IMG/VR virus record: IMGVR_UViG_3300044638_006592
Coordinates: 1 to 63,613 of that record
From: a virus
Lineage: Duplodnaviria; Caudoviricetes
Length of the DNA: 63,613 nucleotides
Reading direction: 5' to 3' (one strand)
Part shown: piece by piece, positions 46,370 to 56,872 of the stretch
How the letters are laid out: every line of letters begins with the position of its first letter
How positions within the stretch are numbered: the first letter of the stretch is position 1
Position numbers and translations under genes: made by a program
The notes under the pieces: model-generated
The model's database searches: none
Told to the model about the DNA's origin: nothing
The model's input: only the letters and a program-made list of their open reading frames with translations

Positions 46370-46936
46370 TTGGTTATGGACATCATTATTACAGAACAAC
46401 AATTAAATAATTTAAGAGAGGTTGAGAATATTAAGAAAACTCTCTTTAAATTTTGGGATAATAATGGAGGGTATATTGATAATAGTATTCTATCCATGTT
46501 TGGATTTAAAGGAAGAATTTTAAATATTGGTAATATTACGATTAGTGAAAATGAGTTATATAATTGGTTAATTGATTGGAGAGGTGAAAATAAATCAATT
46601 ATTTTGGTTGAGAAATTTTTAAATCAAAATCCACATAAAATTGAAAATTGTGGGGGATATGAGTTTGAATTTGACGTTTTTGACTACAAAATACACGACA
46701 GACAGGTTGATTTGGTTTTGAGGGTTAATGACAAAAGAGGACGTGTTGCATTGATATTTCAGGATGGTCAATTATGGAATCTAAAAGATGCTAGAAATAA
46801 TGAAGATTTCGGATGGGAAATTGATGGTGAAATTCAGGATTGTCTTTATGAATATTTTTTATTAAATTTGTCAGACAAAACAGGTTTTGATAGTGTTTTT
46901 GAAAGAATTGACTACACATCTGACGGAGAATGGTAA
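46370..46936 (+). CDS. Phage protein with IIITEQQ leader
   Basis: Leader motif plus ATATTTAT upstream. Confidence 0.6.
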   Translation: MVMDIIITEQQLNNLREVENIKKTLFKFWDNNGGYIDNSILSMFGFKGRILNIGNITISENELYNWLIDWRGENKSIILVEKFLNQNPHKIENCGGYEFEFDVFDYKIHDRQVDLVLRVNDKRGRVALIFQDGQLWNLKDARNNEDFGWEIDGEIQDCLYEYFLLNLSDKTGFDSVFERIDYTSDGEW

Positions 46937-47556
46937 ATACAAAATATTTAGAATTATTACATAAGTATTTTAACGGGAAGTTGAATATACAGGGTATTGA
47001 ATTAGTATTACCAAATGCGGTTTTGCTACATAATCCTAATTTATTCTATTTCCCAATAAACAATCCGAATGATATTTCATATTCAAAAATGTCTTTAAAT
47101 GGGTTTTTGGAAGAAGAGATGAATAGTTTCTATTCAATTATGAGTTTTGAAGATAAAAACAAAATGAAATATAAATTTTCAGGTCCTGAATTTTATATTA
47201 ATTTGGGTTTACATAATAAGATAAAGAGTGTACTATCAGGAATAACTGATATTACATTAAGCGATATTCAAATAGATATTGTTCATAAGCAAATTGACAT
47301 TGACTTTATTGATGATGGTTGTGATATAAAGAATATTGTTGAACCAATACGAGCTTGGAGAATATTTGATAATAAAGATAAAGAACAAGTTGATTTAAAT
47401 TGGGCTCTTATTAATTACGAGCAATTAAGAAAAACTGAAAGGTTTTGGGAACATGAAACAAACTATCTTAGTTTGGATGGTTTATTCGAAAATGAAGAAA
47501 TCTTTATTGATGGAGAATGGATGTACTTTTATTGTAAAACGGTTTTTTCGTATTAA
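46930..47556 (+). CDS. Hypothetical protein (paralog of 49589..50248)
   Basis: Shared NPxxxSYxKxxLxGxLEE motif. Confidence 0.55.
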   Translation: MVNTKYLELLHKYFNGKLNIQGIELVLPNAVLLHNPNLFYFPINNPNDISYSKMSLNGFLEEEMNSFYSIMSFEDKNKMKYKFSGPEFYINLGLHNKIKSVLSGITDITLSDIQIDIVHKQIDIDFIDDGCDIKNIVEPIRAWRIFDNKDKEQVDLNWALINYEQLRKTERFWEHETNYLSLDGLFENEEIFIDGEWMYFYCKTVFSY

Positions 47557-48152
47557 ATAATATCTTCACTCTCTAATAATGTATAACTGAATTTATTTCC
47601 GTGTATTTTACTTGCCTTTTTACATATTGACATAAAGATATCAAAATCCATTACTCTTTTAAAAACTTGACAACCCATACTCCAATTTTCAACCCAAGTT
47701 GAATCCTGACCTGATTTATGAATATTAATACCAAACGAACCTGTTTGAGTTTCAACCTCATCAAATGTTAAATCTTTGTTTTTATCTCTCCATACGGTTA
47801 CATCACCATTTCTTTGACATAATGCGTCATATTTGTTCTGATGTTTATCAACAGACCAAACACTTCTATATTGATTCGGAACTAATCTTGCAACACCTTT
47901 TGGATTGTCATTTTCCAAAACACCCTTTTTACCTGGGTCTGTAGTTGCTGACCAACAGAAAAATTTCCATTCTCCATTTTCTTTGTAAGAAATTGTCAGA
48001 CAATCGTCAAATAAATTTGTTACTTTTTTACCTGTTGATGAATTTCTAACACCAACAATATTAACATCAAATCCTTTATTTTCGGTATCTTCAAACCAAA
48101 CATAGTTTTTAGATTTAACAGCTCTTTCAATTTGTTCTCTAGTATAACACAT
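47553..48152 (-). CDS. L,D-transpeptidase-like cell-wall enzyme candidate
   Basis: NIVGVR, ATTDPG, GINIH...WSMGCQV (His and Cys as in the YkuD fold). Confidence 0.6.
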   Translation of the reverse strand: MCYTREQIERAVKSKNYVWFEDTENKGFDVNIVGVRNSSTGKKVTNLFDDCLTISYKENGEWKFFCWSATTDPGKKGVLENDNPKGVARLVPNQYRSVWSVDKHQNKYDALCQRNGDVTVWRDKNKDLTFDEVETQTGSFGINIHKSGQDSTWVENWSMGCQVFKRVMDFDIFMSICKKASKIHGNKFSYTLLESEDII

Positions 48153-49217
48153 AATTTTAATTTTACTATAAATATTCAGTTTTCAGTATATTTATTACAT
48201 ATGCCAACAGGAGATATTGCTTTAGATATTGTAAATTATATTAATAATGGTGAATTTGATGAAGTTCTACCATATTTTGGGGATTTTGAAACTGCGTTAA
48301 ATTTTCTTAAAAAGAAAGGTTACTTACATCTTTTAGACCCATTTGAAGTTCCTGATGAGTTTAGAAATGGTTTAATTCATTTTCTATTAAGTGAGAAAGA
48401 AACCAGAGAGGGAACATTAAAAACGTTAATATCAAGATTAAGTGATGTTAAAGAAGAAAACGGACAATACTATCTAATATTGGATGGTCGAGAAGAATTG
48501 GCGGATTTATTCAAAGAATATAGTAGAGATACATCACCTTATGATGCGGCTAAATCAGTATTAAGTGAGGATTATTGGGAACCATTTTATGACCTTGGAG
48601 AAAATGTTTATAGGGATGTTGTTGAAGAATTAAATCCTGATAATAAAAATTATTTGAAGAGTTTTATACTTGATAAATTAAAAGATACAAAAATAGAATT
48701 GGATGGTCAGTCTTCGGAAGAGATGGAATTAATTGCTTCAGAACAAGGACATGATGACCATATGATTGTAAATCAAGAAAATATTGATAGAATATTAGGT
48801 GATGAAGAAACGATGGATTGGTTATTTAAAAATGATTTAGATGGTTTACATTCAGACCTTGGTAATATATACAACAATGCTTACAATAGTGCTTACACAG
48901 ATGAAATTTATAATAAAGTATGGGATGAATTATTAACGTACATAGATGATAAAGTAGTTGAAGATTTCAAATGGGGTAAAGGGTATTATCGTCAAAAGGT
49001 AAAAATAACCAATCGTATAAATTCAGTAATTGATGACTGGTTTGATGAATATAAAAATCATTCAGACGATTTTGATTATTATGGTTCTTATTTAGGTATA
49101 ATCCAACAACTTATGAATGAGGGTAACTATGAAAAATTGAGTTTTAGAATTCCTGACTATGCTGACTCTAGTGATGTTGAAAACAATGTCAATCAAATGT
49201 TACGGGATTATATTTAA
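48132..49217 (+). CDS. Acidic hypothetical protein
   Basis: Likely start MPTGD at 48201 after ATATTTAT. Confidence 0.6.
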   Translation: MFSSITHNFNFTINIQFSVYLLHMPTGDIALDIVNYINNGEFDEVLPYFGDFETALNFLKKKGYLHLLDPFEVPDEFRNGLIHFLLSEKETREGTLKTLISRLSDVKEENGQYYLILDGREELADLFKEYSRDTSPYDAAKSVLSEDYWEPFYDLGENVYRDVVEELNPDNKNYLKSFILDKLKDTKIELDGQSSEEMELIASEQGHDDHMIVNQENIDRILGDEETMDWLFKNDLDGLHSDLGNIYNNAYNSAYTDEIYNKVWDELLTYIDDKVVEDFKWGKGYYRQKVKITNRINSVIDDWFDEYKNHSDDFDYYGSYLGIIQQLMNEGNYEKLSFRIPDYADSSDVENNVNQMLRDYI

Positions 49218-49588
49218 TCGTAAAAAGTTTTAATTTTTAAATTATATTTTGATTCGAACCATTCTTTAAATGGTTTTTTCCACCTACCTTCAAATAAAGA
49301 ATATAATGTGTTTGCTAACTCAGTATCTAATTTTAATGCGGGTAAATAATTTAGTTCCTCACCATATTCTTTTTTCTTAGGCGAATTTAATACTTCAGGA
49401 TATGGATAATAACTTATGACAGGAGTATCATAGTCATTTTCTTGAAAACAAATTTCTTCAAAGTTGACACCCATATCCCAATCAAAAGCACTACAATCAA
49501 ATTGTTCTAAATTCTGTAATTCAGGTATATCTTCAATATACTTCATTATAACCTTTTCTAAATTTGATTCTGTTATTATATACTTCAT
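49214..49588 (-). CDS. MKYIITES-family protein
   Basis: Leader MKYIITESNL; tail FKEWFESKYNL. Confidence 0.65.
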   Translation of the reverse strand: MKYIITESNLEKVIMKYIEDIPELQNLEQFDCSAFDWDMGVNFEEICFQENDYDTPVISYYPYPEVLNSPKKKEYGEELNYLPALKLDTELANTLYSLFEGRWKKPFKEWFESKYNLKIKTFYD

Positions 49589-50248
49589 TTAATATGTGTT
49601 ACCTTCATTATCTTTAAAACCTATGTGAAATTGTGTATACATATATTCACTATCATATAATGTTACGTGGTCTCTTAAAAAAATATAAACAGGAGACATT
49701 AGTTCAGTTGAGTATTCCATTATAAAGTTTTCATCAGAATATATTTCATGTATTATTTCCTTTAAATCATCCCCATATAAATTTTTTTTCCAAATAGAAC
49801 CTCTTGATTTTATTTTTTCAGTTGGATTTATAAGTATAATTTCAACATCTACTTCCCAAAAATCATAACCCGGTCTTAATTTAATTTTATTTACTTTACA
49901 ATCAGATTCAACATTTTTAAATTGAAATTTCTTTATGGTTTTACACAATTCAGTTATTTTCTTTTCATCGTTTTTATTAATAAAAAAATCTGGTTTAATA
50001 TCCAATCTTGAAAGTGATTTATAATTTTCTTGTTGTGGTATAAAACCAATTAATTTACCAAAATCTCTTAAATATTCTTCTAAGTAACCTTCTAAAACAT
50101 TTTTATTATAAGATAATCCTTTAGGGTTTTCTAATGTCCAATCAATTGTTTTTTCTGTCCATAATTCATGATATAGTTTTAGACCATGAAAATCAATTTC
50201 TTTGGGTAAATATAACTCACTAAATTGTTTTATCAGTTTTTCATTCAT
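49589..50248 (-). CDS. Hypothetical protein (paralog of 46930..47556)
   Basis: ENPKGLSYNKNVLEGYLEE. Confidence 0.55.
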   Translation of the reverse strand: MNEKLIKQFSELYLPKEIDFHGLKLYHELWTEKTIDWTLENPKGLSYNKNVLEGYLEEYLRDFGKLIGFIPQQENYKSLSRLDIKPDFFINKNDEKKITELCKTIKKFQFKNVESDCKVNKIKLRPGYDFWEVDVEIILINPTEKIKSRGSIWKKNLYGDDLKEIIHEIYSDENFIMEYSTELMSPVYIFLRDHVTLYDSEYMYTQFHIGFKDNEGNTY

Positions 50249-50813
50249 ACTAATAAATAGTGATATATTTATAAATATGAATGATACAACATCAAAAGAA
50301 AAAATTAAAAATCTAATTGACGCTATTGGTATTCATGATGCTAAAAAAATTTTAGGGATGAAGACAACTGATATTGTTAATTTCACTAAAATGAATATTA
50401 ATTCAGAACTTGCTTATGATATATTCTATGAATTATTTTCGGAAAATAAATTACCTAAAATATATCATGAATTCGAATTATATTTCAATATAATGGAAGG
50501 AATTCTTCAATGGGAATGTACTAATAAAGATATTTTTTCAAATAAAAAATATGTTGAAAAAATGCTCATATATGCGACACCATTTTGGGATGGTGAAAAT
50601 GATGTACCTATTGTAATGTCGTATTATGAGGTATTAGATGAGAAAACAAACGAATCTATTATTGTATTTGAGGACGATTTTGTTGAATCAATTAAAATTG
50701 ATAAGACATTTAAAGATATTGAAGAATTATTGATTTGGTTTAGAGATTTTTACTTACCTGAAGTGTATAATGTAATAATTAAATACAGAAATGAATATAG
50801 AAAAAATATATAA
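50202..50813 (+). CDS. Hypothetical protein
   Basis: Likely start MNDTTS near 50277; YATPFWDG. Confidence 0.55.
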   Translation: MGKYNSLNCFISFSFILINSDIFINMNDTTSKEKIKNLIDAIGIHDAKKILGMKTTDIVNFTKMNINSELAYDIFYELFSENKLPKIYHEFELYFNIMEGILQWECTNKDIFSNKKYVEKMLIYATPFWDGENDVPIVMSYYEVLDEKTNESIIVFEDDFVESIKIDKTFKDIEELLIWFRDFYLPEVYNVIIKYRNEYRKNI

Positions 50814-51359
50814 TTAAACTTTTTCTATTGAATTTTTGTCTAATTTTATATCAGTTGTTTCACCATCATAATAATCAACATCAACTTCTCTACCATTATA
50901 ATAATCTAAATCACCATTATTATCCATTAAATTTAATAATTCAATGAAGTCATTTTTACCATTTGAATAAGAATATATTTTGTGCTCATATGTTCTTCTA
51001 ACATATTCCTTTCTATGCTCATCATAGTCAAATTTATAGTGACTTACTTTTGGTTTTTTTAATGGTTGTGGAGTTGAGTCTTTAAAGTCATTTGTTTTAA
51101 GTATATTTAGTATAAAATCATAATCAATATATTCAGGTTGAATACTAAATAGTTTAAGAACACCATCACAAGTATCGATAAAATCACTATCATCAAAAGA
51201 TAATGAACGATAATCATCTAATTCGCTCATAACCATGTAGCATAATTTATATAAAGTATTATTACTTAAATTTTCTAATTTTGACTTTTCCATATTGGAT
51301 AAATAGTTGTTTATATCGAAAAAAAATCGTAACTTTGTACCATGTTTAAAATTTATCAA
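50814..51359 (-). CDS. Hypothetical protein
   Basis: Likely start MEKSKL near 51293. Confidence 0.55.
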   Translation of the reverse strand: MINFKHGTKLRFFFDINNYLSNMEKSKLENLSNNTLYKLCYMVMSELDDYRSLSFDDSDFIDTCDGVLKLFSIQPEYIDYDFILNILKTNDFKDSTPQPLKKPKVSHYKFDYDEHRKEYVRRTYEHKIYSYSNGKNDFIELLNLMDNNGDLDYYNGREVDVDYYDGETTDIKLDKNSIEKV

Positions 51360-52076
51360 GTTGGTGGAAGTGTTCGAGATGAAATTCTTGGAGTAAACTC
51401 AAAAGATATCGATTTTGTTGCCGTTCCGTCATCAGAACTCATATCAGAATATTCTGAAGCGTCTGAGATGTTTAAGATATTGGTATCTTATTTAAAAGTT
51501 GAAGGATATGATATGTTCCTGATAACTGACAATTGTTATACAATTCGAGCTAAATTTCCAAAAGGTCATGTTAATGAAGGATTGGTTGCTGACTTTGTAA
51601 TGGCGAGAAAGGAAATTGGGTATGTACCTGGTACAAGAACACCAATTGTTAAACCTGGTACATTGTTTGACGATTTGGAACGCCGAGATTTTACTTTAAA
51701 TGCTTTGGCTAAAGATGATGATGGTCAAATCATAGACTTTTTTGGTGGAATTAAGGACTTAGAAAACAAAGTGCTTAGAACACCATTGTCACCAATTAAG
51801 ACATTTGAAGATGATGGATTAAGAATCATAAGATGTATTAGATTCTCAATAACCAAAGGATTTTCAATACCTTATGATATTGAAAAAATTATAAAAGATT
51901 ATGATTACAAAAATAAGATGAAGGTTGTTTCAATTGAACGTATCAGGGAAGAGTTGTTTAAATGTTTTAAATTCGATACGATTAAAACAATTGAAACACT
52001 TCAACGATATCCCGAACTTTTCAAATACGTATTTAAAGATAATGTTTTATGGTTAAAACCGACAATGGAATTATGA
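51342..52076 (+). CDS. Class II tRNA nucleotidyltransferase (CCA-adding / poly(A) polymerase family)
   Basis: VGGSVRD, DIDF, DLERRDFTLNALA, EDDGLRIIRCIRF, ERIREE. Confidence 0.9.
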   Translation: MFKIYQVGGSVRDEILGVNSKDIDFVAVPSSELISEYSEASEMFKILVSYLKVEGYDMFLITDNCYTIRAKFPKGHVNEGLVADFVMARKEIGYVPGTRTPIVKPGTLFDDLERRDFTLNALAKDDDGQIIDFFGGIKDLENKVLRTPLSPIKTFEDDGLRIIRCIRFSITKGFSIPYDIEKIIKDYDYKNKMKVVSIERIREELFKCFKFDTIKTIETLQRYPELFKYVFKDNVLWLKPTMEL

Positions 52077-52300
52077 GAGAAATAATTTATGGAGTCTTTG
52101 ATAAGACCTATGGGACTGGTATTTACATGGGATTTTTCAAGAATGAGGATGATGCAAAAAAAGAGATGCAAATCCAAATGAAAAGATTGGAAACTGAACA
52201 TGGAACTAAGAATTTAGTTTATAAAGATGATAGGGTTGTGATTGAAAACAAGTCAGGTGATGATATTATTTTCATCATTCATTCATATGTTTTACGATAG
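52049..52300 (+). CDS. Hypothetical protein
   Basis: Likely start MREIIY overlapping the upstream stop. Confidence 0.5.
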   Translation: MVKTDNGIMREIIYGVFDKTYGTGIYMGFFKNEDDAKKEMQIQMKRLETEHGTKNLVYKDDRVVIENKSGDDIIFIIHSYVLR

Positions 52301-52317
52301 TTTCATATTTATCAGTT

Positions 52318-52683
52318 ATGAATAAAGAAAAACGTAATACCAATTTATCAAGATGGCAAGACACGGCTGAAATTTTAATTAATTCTTTAGTTAAAGTTCA
52401 TGGTTCAGAAAACTTCATGAAATTCGCTGTTAATGTTTATCCTGACCAATTCAATAACCATTACTTTGCAAATGTTACCGCAGTAATGAGAAAATCATTT
52501 GGTAAAGATGAAAGTGAAACATTACAGAATAAAAGATTTGAGATATCAAGATATATCAAAGACTATTTACCAAATTTAGATAAGGATATGTCGGTTAGTT
52601 TTAATACTGAGACTGTTGACTTATATAATGATAGGTCAAAACCTTGGTATGATGAAAGAAAAAAACAATTTGGGTATTTGTGA
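52318..52683 (+). CDS. Hypothetical protein
   Basis: 121 aa ORF; ATATTTAT upstream. Confidence 0.55.
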   Translation: MNKEKRNTNLSRWQDTAEILINSLVKVHGSENFMKFAVNVYPDQFNNHYFANVTAVMRKSFGKDESETLQNKRFEISRYIKDYLPNLDKDMSVSFNTETVDLYNDRSKPWYDERKKQFGYL

Positions 52684-52688
52684 TAGTG

Positions 52689-53063
52689 TTATTCAGAATC
52701 AACGCTCTTAACAGGTTTTGATAAAAACTTCTCAAACCAAATCGGACCATATTTTTTAAAAATCTCTTCAGTAAAGACTCCTATTATTTTTTCGTATAAT
52801 TCATGATTAATAACCACAATTGGAAATTCTTCAGGTTCATACCTTTCTTCATAACCATAATCATTTGTGTCTTTATAATACGAAAAAAACCAAGGTGCTG
52901 ATTCATAACCACCTTCATCATCGGTTTCATGCCATTCTATCGGATGATAAGATAAACCACCCCAACGTGTATTAGAATACTCTTCAACATTAGTCATACC
53001 AACTCCATGTAAGTATGAATTGAGAATGTTTAATAATTTTTGTTCCGAAATATTATAATTCAT
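52689..53063 (-). CDS. Phage protein with MNYNISE leader
   Basis: Leader motif and IWFEK tail. Confidence 0.6.
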   Translation of the reverse strand: MNYNISEQKLLNILNSYLHGVGMTNVEEYSNTRWGGLSYHPIEWHETDDEGGYESAPWFFSYYKDTNDYGYEERYEPEEFPIVVINHELYEKIIGVFTEEIFKKYGPIWFEKFLSKPVKSVDSE

Positions 53064-53087
53064 TAATAATAAATATCTGATAAATGA

Positions 53088-53489
53088 TTATTCAAGATTC
53101 ACATTATCAATTACTTTATTAACCGCAACAGTTCTTTCACTTAATGAGCATTGAATATCAAAAATATTTTTATTTAACACCCAATCTAACAAATCATTTA
53201 AATCGGAATTTAAGGATGTGATTTTTTTTATATTTGTTGACATATATTCTTTTACAAACAAACAAAGAAATTCATCAGTTTCAGGGTATTCCAATGAAAA
53301 AATCGTAAAAAATGTTGAAAAATATTGTTCTCTCCAAAAAAGAGTACCTTCCCTATTAACCTGAAGATACCAATATTTTGAATTTGGATTAATAAACCAA
53401 ATATTCCCATTTAAATTAATCACGGAAACATCCGAAAAATCATCTTTGATTTTATCAGATAAAGTTTTCATCATTTTAGGATGTATCAT
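53088..53489 (-). CDS. Hypothetical protein, possible distant relative of the array-bearing genes
   Basis: WF...YFSTFFTIFSLEY...FVKE pattern; weak 22 aa periodicity in the tail. Confidence 0.5.
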   Translation of the reverse strand: MIHPKMMKTLSDKIKDDFSDVSVINLNGNIWFINPNSKYWYLQVNREGTLFWREQYFSTFFTIFSLEYPETDEFLCLFVKEYMSTNIKKITSLNSDLNDLLDWVLNKNIFDIQCSLSERTVAVNKVIDNVNLE

Positions 53490-53578
53490 AAAACAAAATT
53501 AATAAAAAAAACTGAGAAACCAAATGATATATTGACCAATATTTAAATTTTACTTATTATTGAATATAATTAATCCAA

Positions 53579-53950
53579 ATGAAATTTAACAAAATTATTT
53601 TTTTTGTGTTTTTGTTATCTTCATGCTCACCATATATTGAAAAATTAACATTAAACGTTAAGAAAATAGATACAAAAGATAATTGTTATTGTAAATATAA
53701 AATTTCAGGGTATTCAAATCATACAACATTAAAAGACACTTGTAATTTATTTAAAGTTGGTGATGTTTTGACTTTGAAAAAAACTAATAATGGAAATGGT
53801 GTGGTATATCAAATGAGGGCTTATGTACCGTATGAGGAATTTAATGAGTATTTTATAAAAAAAGGTAATTCTATTATAAAATTCAGACAAATTGATACAA
53901 TATATAAAGATTTTGATTGGGATGATAATTATGAATTAATAAAAAAATAA
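53579..53950 (+). CDS. Putative lipoprotein
   Basis: Lipobox-like FLLSSC after a hydrophobic N-terminus. Confidence 0.55.
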   Translation: MKFNKIIFFVFLLSSCSPYIEKLTLNVKKIDTKDNCYCKYKISGYSNHTTLKDTCNLFKVGDVLTLKKTNNGNGVVYQMRAYVPYEEFNEYFIKKGNSIIKFRQIDTIYKDFDWDDNYELIKK

Positions 53951-53951
53951 T

Positions 53952-54338
53952 ATGAAAAAGAAAATAATGGAAGAGTTTCACAAATTGATTGACAAAGGTC
54001 GAGAACTCACAAAAAAACATGATGATTTATTTAATGAAATTATCAAGGATGACAGAATACCTGATAACTTAAAAGAGTCTTTGGAAAAAATACATAACCA
54101 AATGACGGATACTAACCAAAAGATATTTAATTTTTTGGATGAAAAAAACGTTGAGAAAACAATTAAGATTAAAGTTGAAAGTATCAATCCTGTTGGAGAT
54201 ACTATAACAGAACAAAAAATAAATTTTACATATAAACCTTATGAAAGTAGAGTATTTATTACTATCGGGGATTGTATGTATCGAATAAATGAGATTGGGG
54301 AGATTTTAGACAGTTTCGTACCAACAAAAGTTAAATGA
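53952..54338 (+). CDS. Hypothetical protein
   Basis: 128 aa ORF. Confidence 0.5.
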   Translation: MKKKIMEEFHKLIDKGRELTKKHDDLFNEIIKDDRIPDNLKESLEKIHNQMTDTNQKIFNFLDEKNVEKTIKIKVESINPVGDTITEQKINFTYKPYESRVFITIGDCMYRINEIGEILDSFVPTKVK

Positions 54339-54542
54339 AATGTTACAAAATTTTTGGGACAATTTTAAAATCATAAGGAGAATTAAAGGTGGTGAGTGGT
54401 ATAAAACAAAACACAGAGGTTGGATTAGACCAGAATTATTCGATGCTTATTTGAGTAGTGGTTTTGACCCCGTTTTATTAAGTTGGGAAAAATACAAAAA
54501 TTTTTTTAGAAGTAAATAGAGATATTTATAATAAAAAAAGAA

Positions 54543-54842
54543 ATGGAAAAGAAACAAAAACCACTAAAGAAAAAATCATCATTTTTTGTTAGAATGTTTA
54601 TGGATGACAATGACATAAACGAAAAATCCATTGTTGGATTCGGGGCTTTCATTATGATGGTTATAGCCATGTCAGTAGATTTGATAACTGGTTATACAGG
54701 AAAGCAATTAACCATTAATGAATTCATTTTTGATGGGTTCATGATAATAACATTAGGTGCATTTGGTATTGCTTCTGTTGACAAATATATTACGTCAAGG
54801 AATGGTAAAAAAACCGATGAAGAAGAGCAACCTGTAGAGTAA
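54543..54842 (+). CDS. Two-TM membrane protein (holin-like topology)
   Basis: Basic N-terminus, two TM helices, charged tail; ATATTTAT upstream. Confidence 0.55.
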   Translation: MEKKQKPLKKKSSFFVRMFMDDNDINEKSIVGFGAFIMMVIAMSVDLITGYTGKQLTINEFIFDGFMIITLGAFGIASVDKYITSRNGKKTDEEEQPVE

Positions 54843-54848
54843 AAAATT

Positions 54849-54881
54849 AAAAACCCCCCCAAAATTAAATGGGGGTTTTTT
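54849..54881 (+). terminator. Rho-independent terminator
   Basis: AAAAACCCCC...GGGGGTTTTT. Confidence 0.7.
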
Positions 54882-54885
54882 ATTT

Positions 54886-55689
54886 GTGGTAATTTGGATA
54901 TTTATTAGTTATATGAAAATTATCCTAACAGAGAACCAATATAGAACATTATTATCTGAAAGTAGTGGTGTAAATTTACTTGATGACCATAAGAAGGATT
55001 TGGAAAAGGTATTGAGTAAATTTATGAAACAAAAATATGATTGGTTCGAAGGAATTGAAATAGAGTATTTGTCATTCTTACCTGATTTAGGTTATGTTGG
55101 AATTCAGGGTGTAATTAGTGTTGATATGGAGTGGGGTGCTAAACAATGGAGAGAATATCATTATAGTCAATATTTCCCTGGTAATGATTATTGGAAAACT
55201 GGCGAAGTAACAGATTCTGTAAGTTTTGGTGATATAATTGGTTCAGATTTCGGTGATGAAATTAGAAAATTAATTTTGGATTATTTTAAATTAGTTACAG
55301 GAATATCTGCAAGAACTTTAAGTTGGTCTTGGTTAATGACTAAATTTATTGAAAAGGATGAAGATTTAGTTACTGAAGAAATTTCTGATATTAGAAAAGT
55401 TAAAGCGATGGATATGGTGTTACAAAATGAATATCCGAATCAATATACTGATGAACATGCTGGTTCGACCCTTGTTCTAACTGATGAAGAAAATGCTTAT
55501 ATTTTATTTAAATATAACTGGAAAAAAAATACATTATATTACGATTTTGATTTAACATATAAACCTTTTGATAAATGGTTACCTTTTGATGATTTTGAAT
55601 ATAGTACATCATTTAATAATTTATTAAGAGATTATTCAGAATTCAGATTTGGTAAAAGACCTGAATTTGTTCATTCAATAACAGCTTAA
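54886..55689 (+). CDS. Phage protein with MKIILTE leader
   Basis: Likely start MKIILTENQY. Confidence 0.6.
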   Translation: MVIWIFISYMKIILTENQYRTLLSESSGVNLLDDHKKDLEKVLSKFMKQKYDWFEGIEIEYLSFLPDLGYVGIQGVISVDMEWGAKQWREYHYSQYFPGNDYWKTGEVTDSVSFGDIIGSDFGDEIRKLILDYFKLVTGISARTLSWSWLMTKFIEKDEDLVTEEISDIRKVKAMDMVLQNEYPNQYTDEHAGSTLVLTDEENAYILFKYNWKKNTLYYDFDLTYKPFDKWLPFDDFEYSTSFNNLLRDYSEFRFGKRPEFVHSITA

Positions 55690-55690
55690 T

Positions 55691-56110
55691 ATGAAATTAC
55701 AAGAAGAAATATTATCAATTAAAAATAAAATGGGTTTAACAGAATCTGATGCTTCAGATTTTATTGAAAAATATGAGAAAGATTTAAAGTTGGCCAAAAA
55801 GTTAATACCTGAATTAATTAAGTTACTTAAAGATAATTTTGGTGATGATTTATATAAAATAGATTATAAAATAAAAGGTGTTGCTTTTGGGAGCACTTGG
55901 ATAAAAGATGAAAAGACGGGTAATAGTCAAAGTTATTCGTCAGAAAAAGTTCTTTTTACTTTAGAATTTATTAATAAAAATTATAGGGAAAAAAGAGAGA
56001 TTCGGGATAAATTTTCCAACATCATTGAAAGTTTTACACCATTTAATCTTCAACTTTATGGATGTCCAATTGATGTTGATTTTTTCAACTATACAAAAGA
56101 AGAGTTTTAA
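55691..56110 (+). CDS. Phage protein with MKLQEEI leader
   Basis: MKLQEEILSIKNKMGLTE. Confidence 0.6.
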   Translation: MKLQEEILSIKNKMGLTESDASDFIEKYEKDLKLAKKLIPELIKLLKDNFGDDLYKIDYKIKGVAFGSTWIKDEKTGNSQSYSSEKVLFTLEFINKNYREKREIRDKFSNIIESFTPFNLQLYGCPIDVDFFNYTKEEF

Positions 56111-56113
56111 CTT

Positions 56114-56416
56114 ATGAAATATCTAATAACTGAGTCAAAGTTAAAACAGACATTATTCAAATATTATGATTCAATTTTTGAAGATTGGTATTTTGTGGAA
56201 AATGGTGATTGGGAAGGAGTGTCAGTTCCAAAATATAATGGTGAACTTTTAATCGGTTATAAAAAAGATGACCCAAATACTGGTTATTATTGGGGTGATG
56301 TAATAGGTATTGATTTTATTGAATCTTTATTTGGGTTACCAAATGATGAACAAAAACAATATTTAAAAGAATATGTGGAGGAAAAATTTAATTTAAAATT
56401 TGACACTTTAATGTAA
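56114..56416 (+). CDS. MKYLITES-family protein
   Basis: Leader MKYLITESKL; tail KEYVEEKFNL. Confidence 0.65.
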   Translation: MKYLITESKLKQTLFKYYDSIFEDWYFVENGDWEGVSVPKYNGELLIGYKKDDPNTGYYWGDVIGIDFIESLFGLPNDEQKQYLKEYVEEKFNLKFDTLM

Positions 56417-56429
56417 TCAAAAATATCGT

Positions 56430-56819
56430 ATGAAAATAGATAATGCAAAGGTAAAATTACTTAAAATACTTTATTCTCAAGGAATAATAGATACATCAAA
56501 ATTTGTTGGTGGATATCAAAAACTACTTAAATTAACTGATGGTGATATACCTGATGATATGAAAATTACGGAAATTAGAGAAGTTATTGATAATATTGGT
56601 GGATTAGGTCTTGGTGAGACACCATTTGAAGAACCTATATTTTATGATGAAAAAGATGGAGAAGTACATCAAATAGAATATTTTGGATTAAGTAAAGTCA
56701 CAATTCAAGTTTGGGGTGGATATAAACATTCAACTGATTTGGGTGAATACGATGTAAGTTATGAGGTACTATCAACAACAATTTTGGATGATATTATGGA
56801 AATAGTATCTCAGATTTAA
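56430..56819 (+). CDS. Hypothetical protein
   Basis: 129 aa ORF. Confidence 0.55.
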   Translation: MKIDNAKVKLLKILYSQGIIDTSKFVGGYQKLLKLTDGDIPDDMKITEIREVIDNIGGLGLGETPFEEPIFYDEKDGEVHQIEYFGLSKVTIQVWGGYKHSTDLGEYDVSYEVLSTTILDDIMEIVSQI

Positions 56820-56872
56820 TATTAAGTTAACGTAAAATCAAATTCACAAGGTTATTTATAGAAAAATAATTT

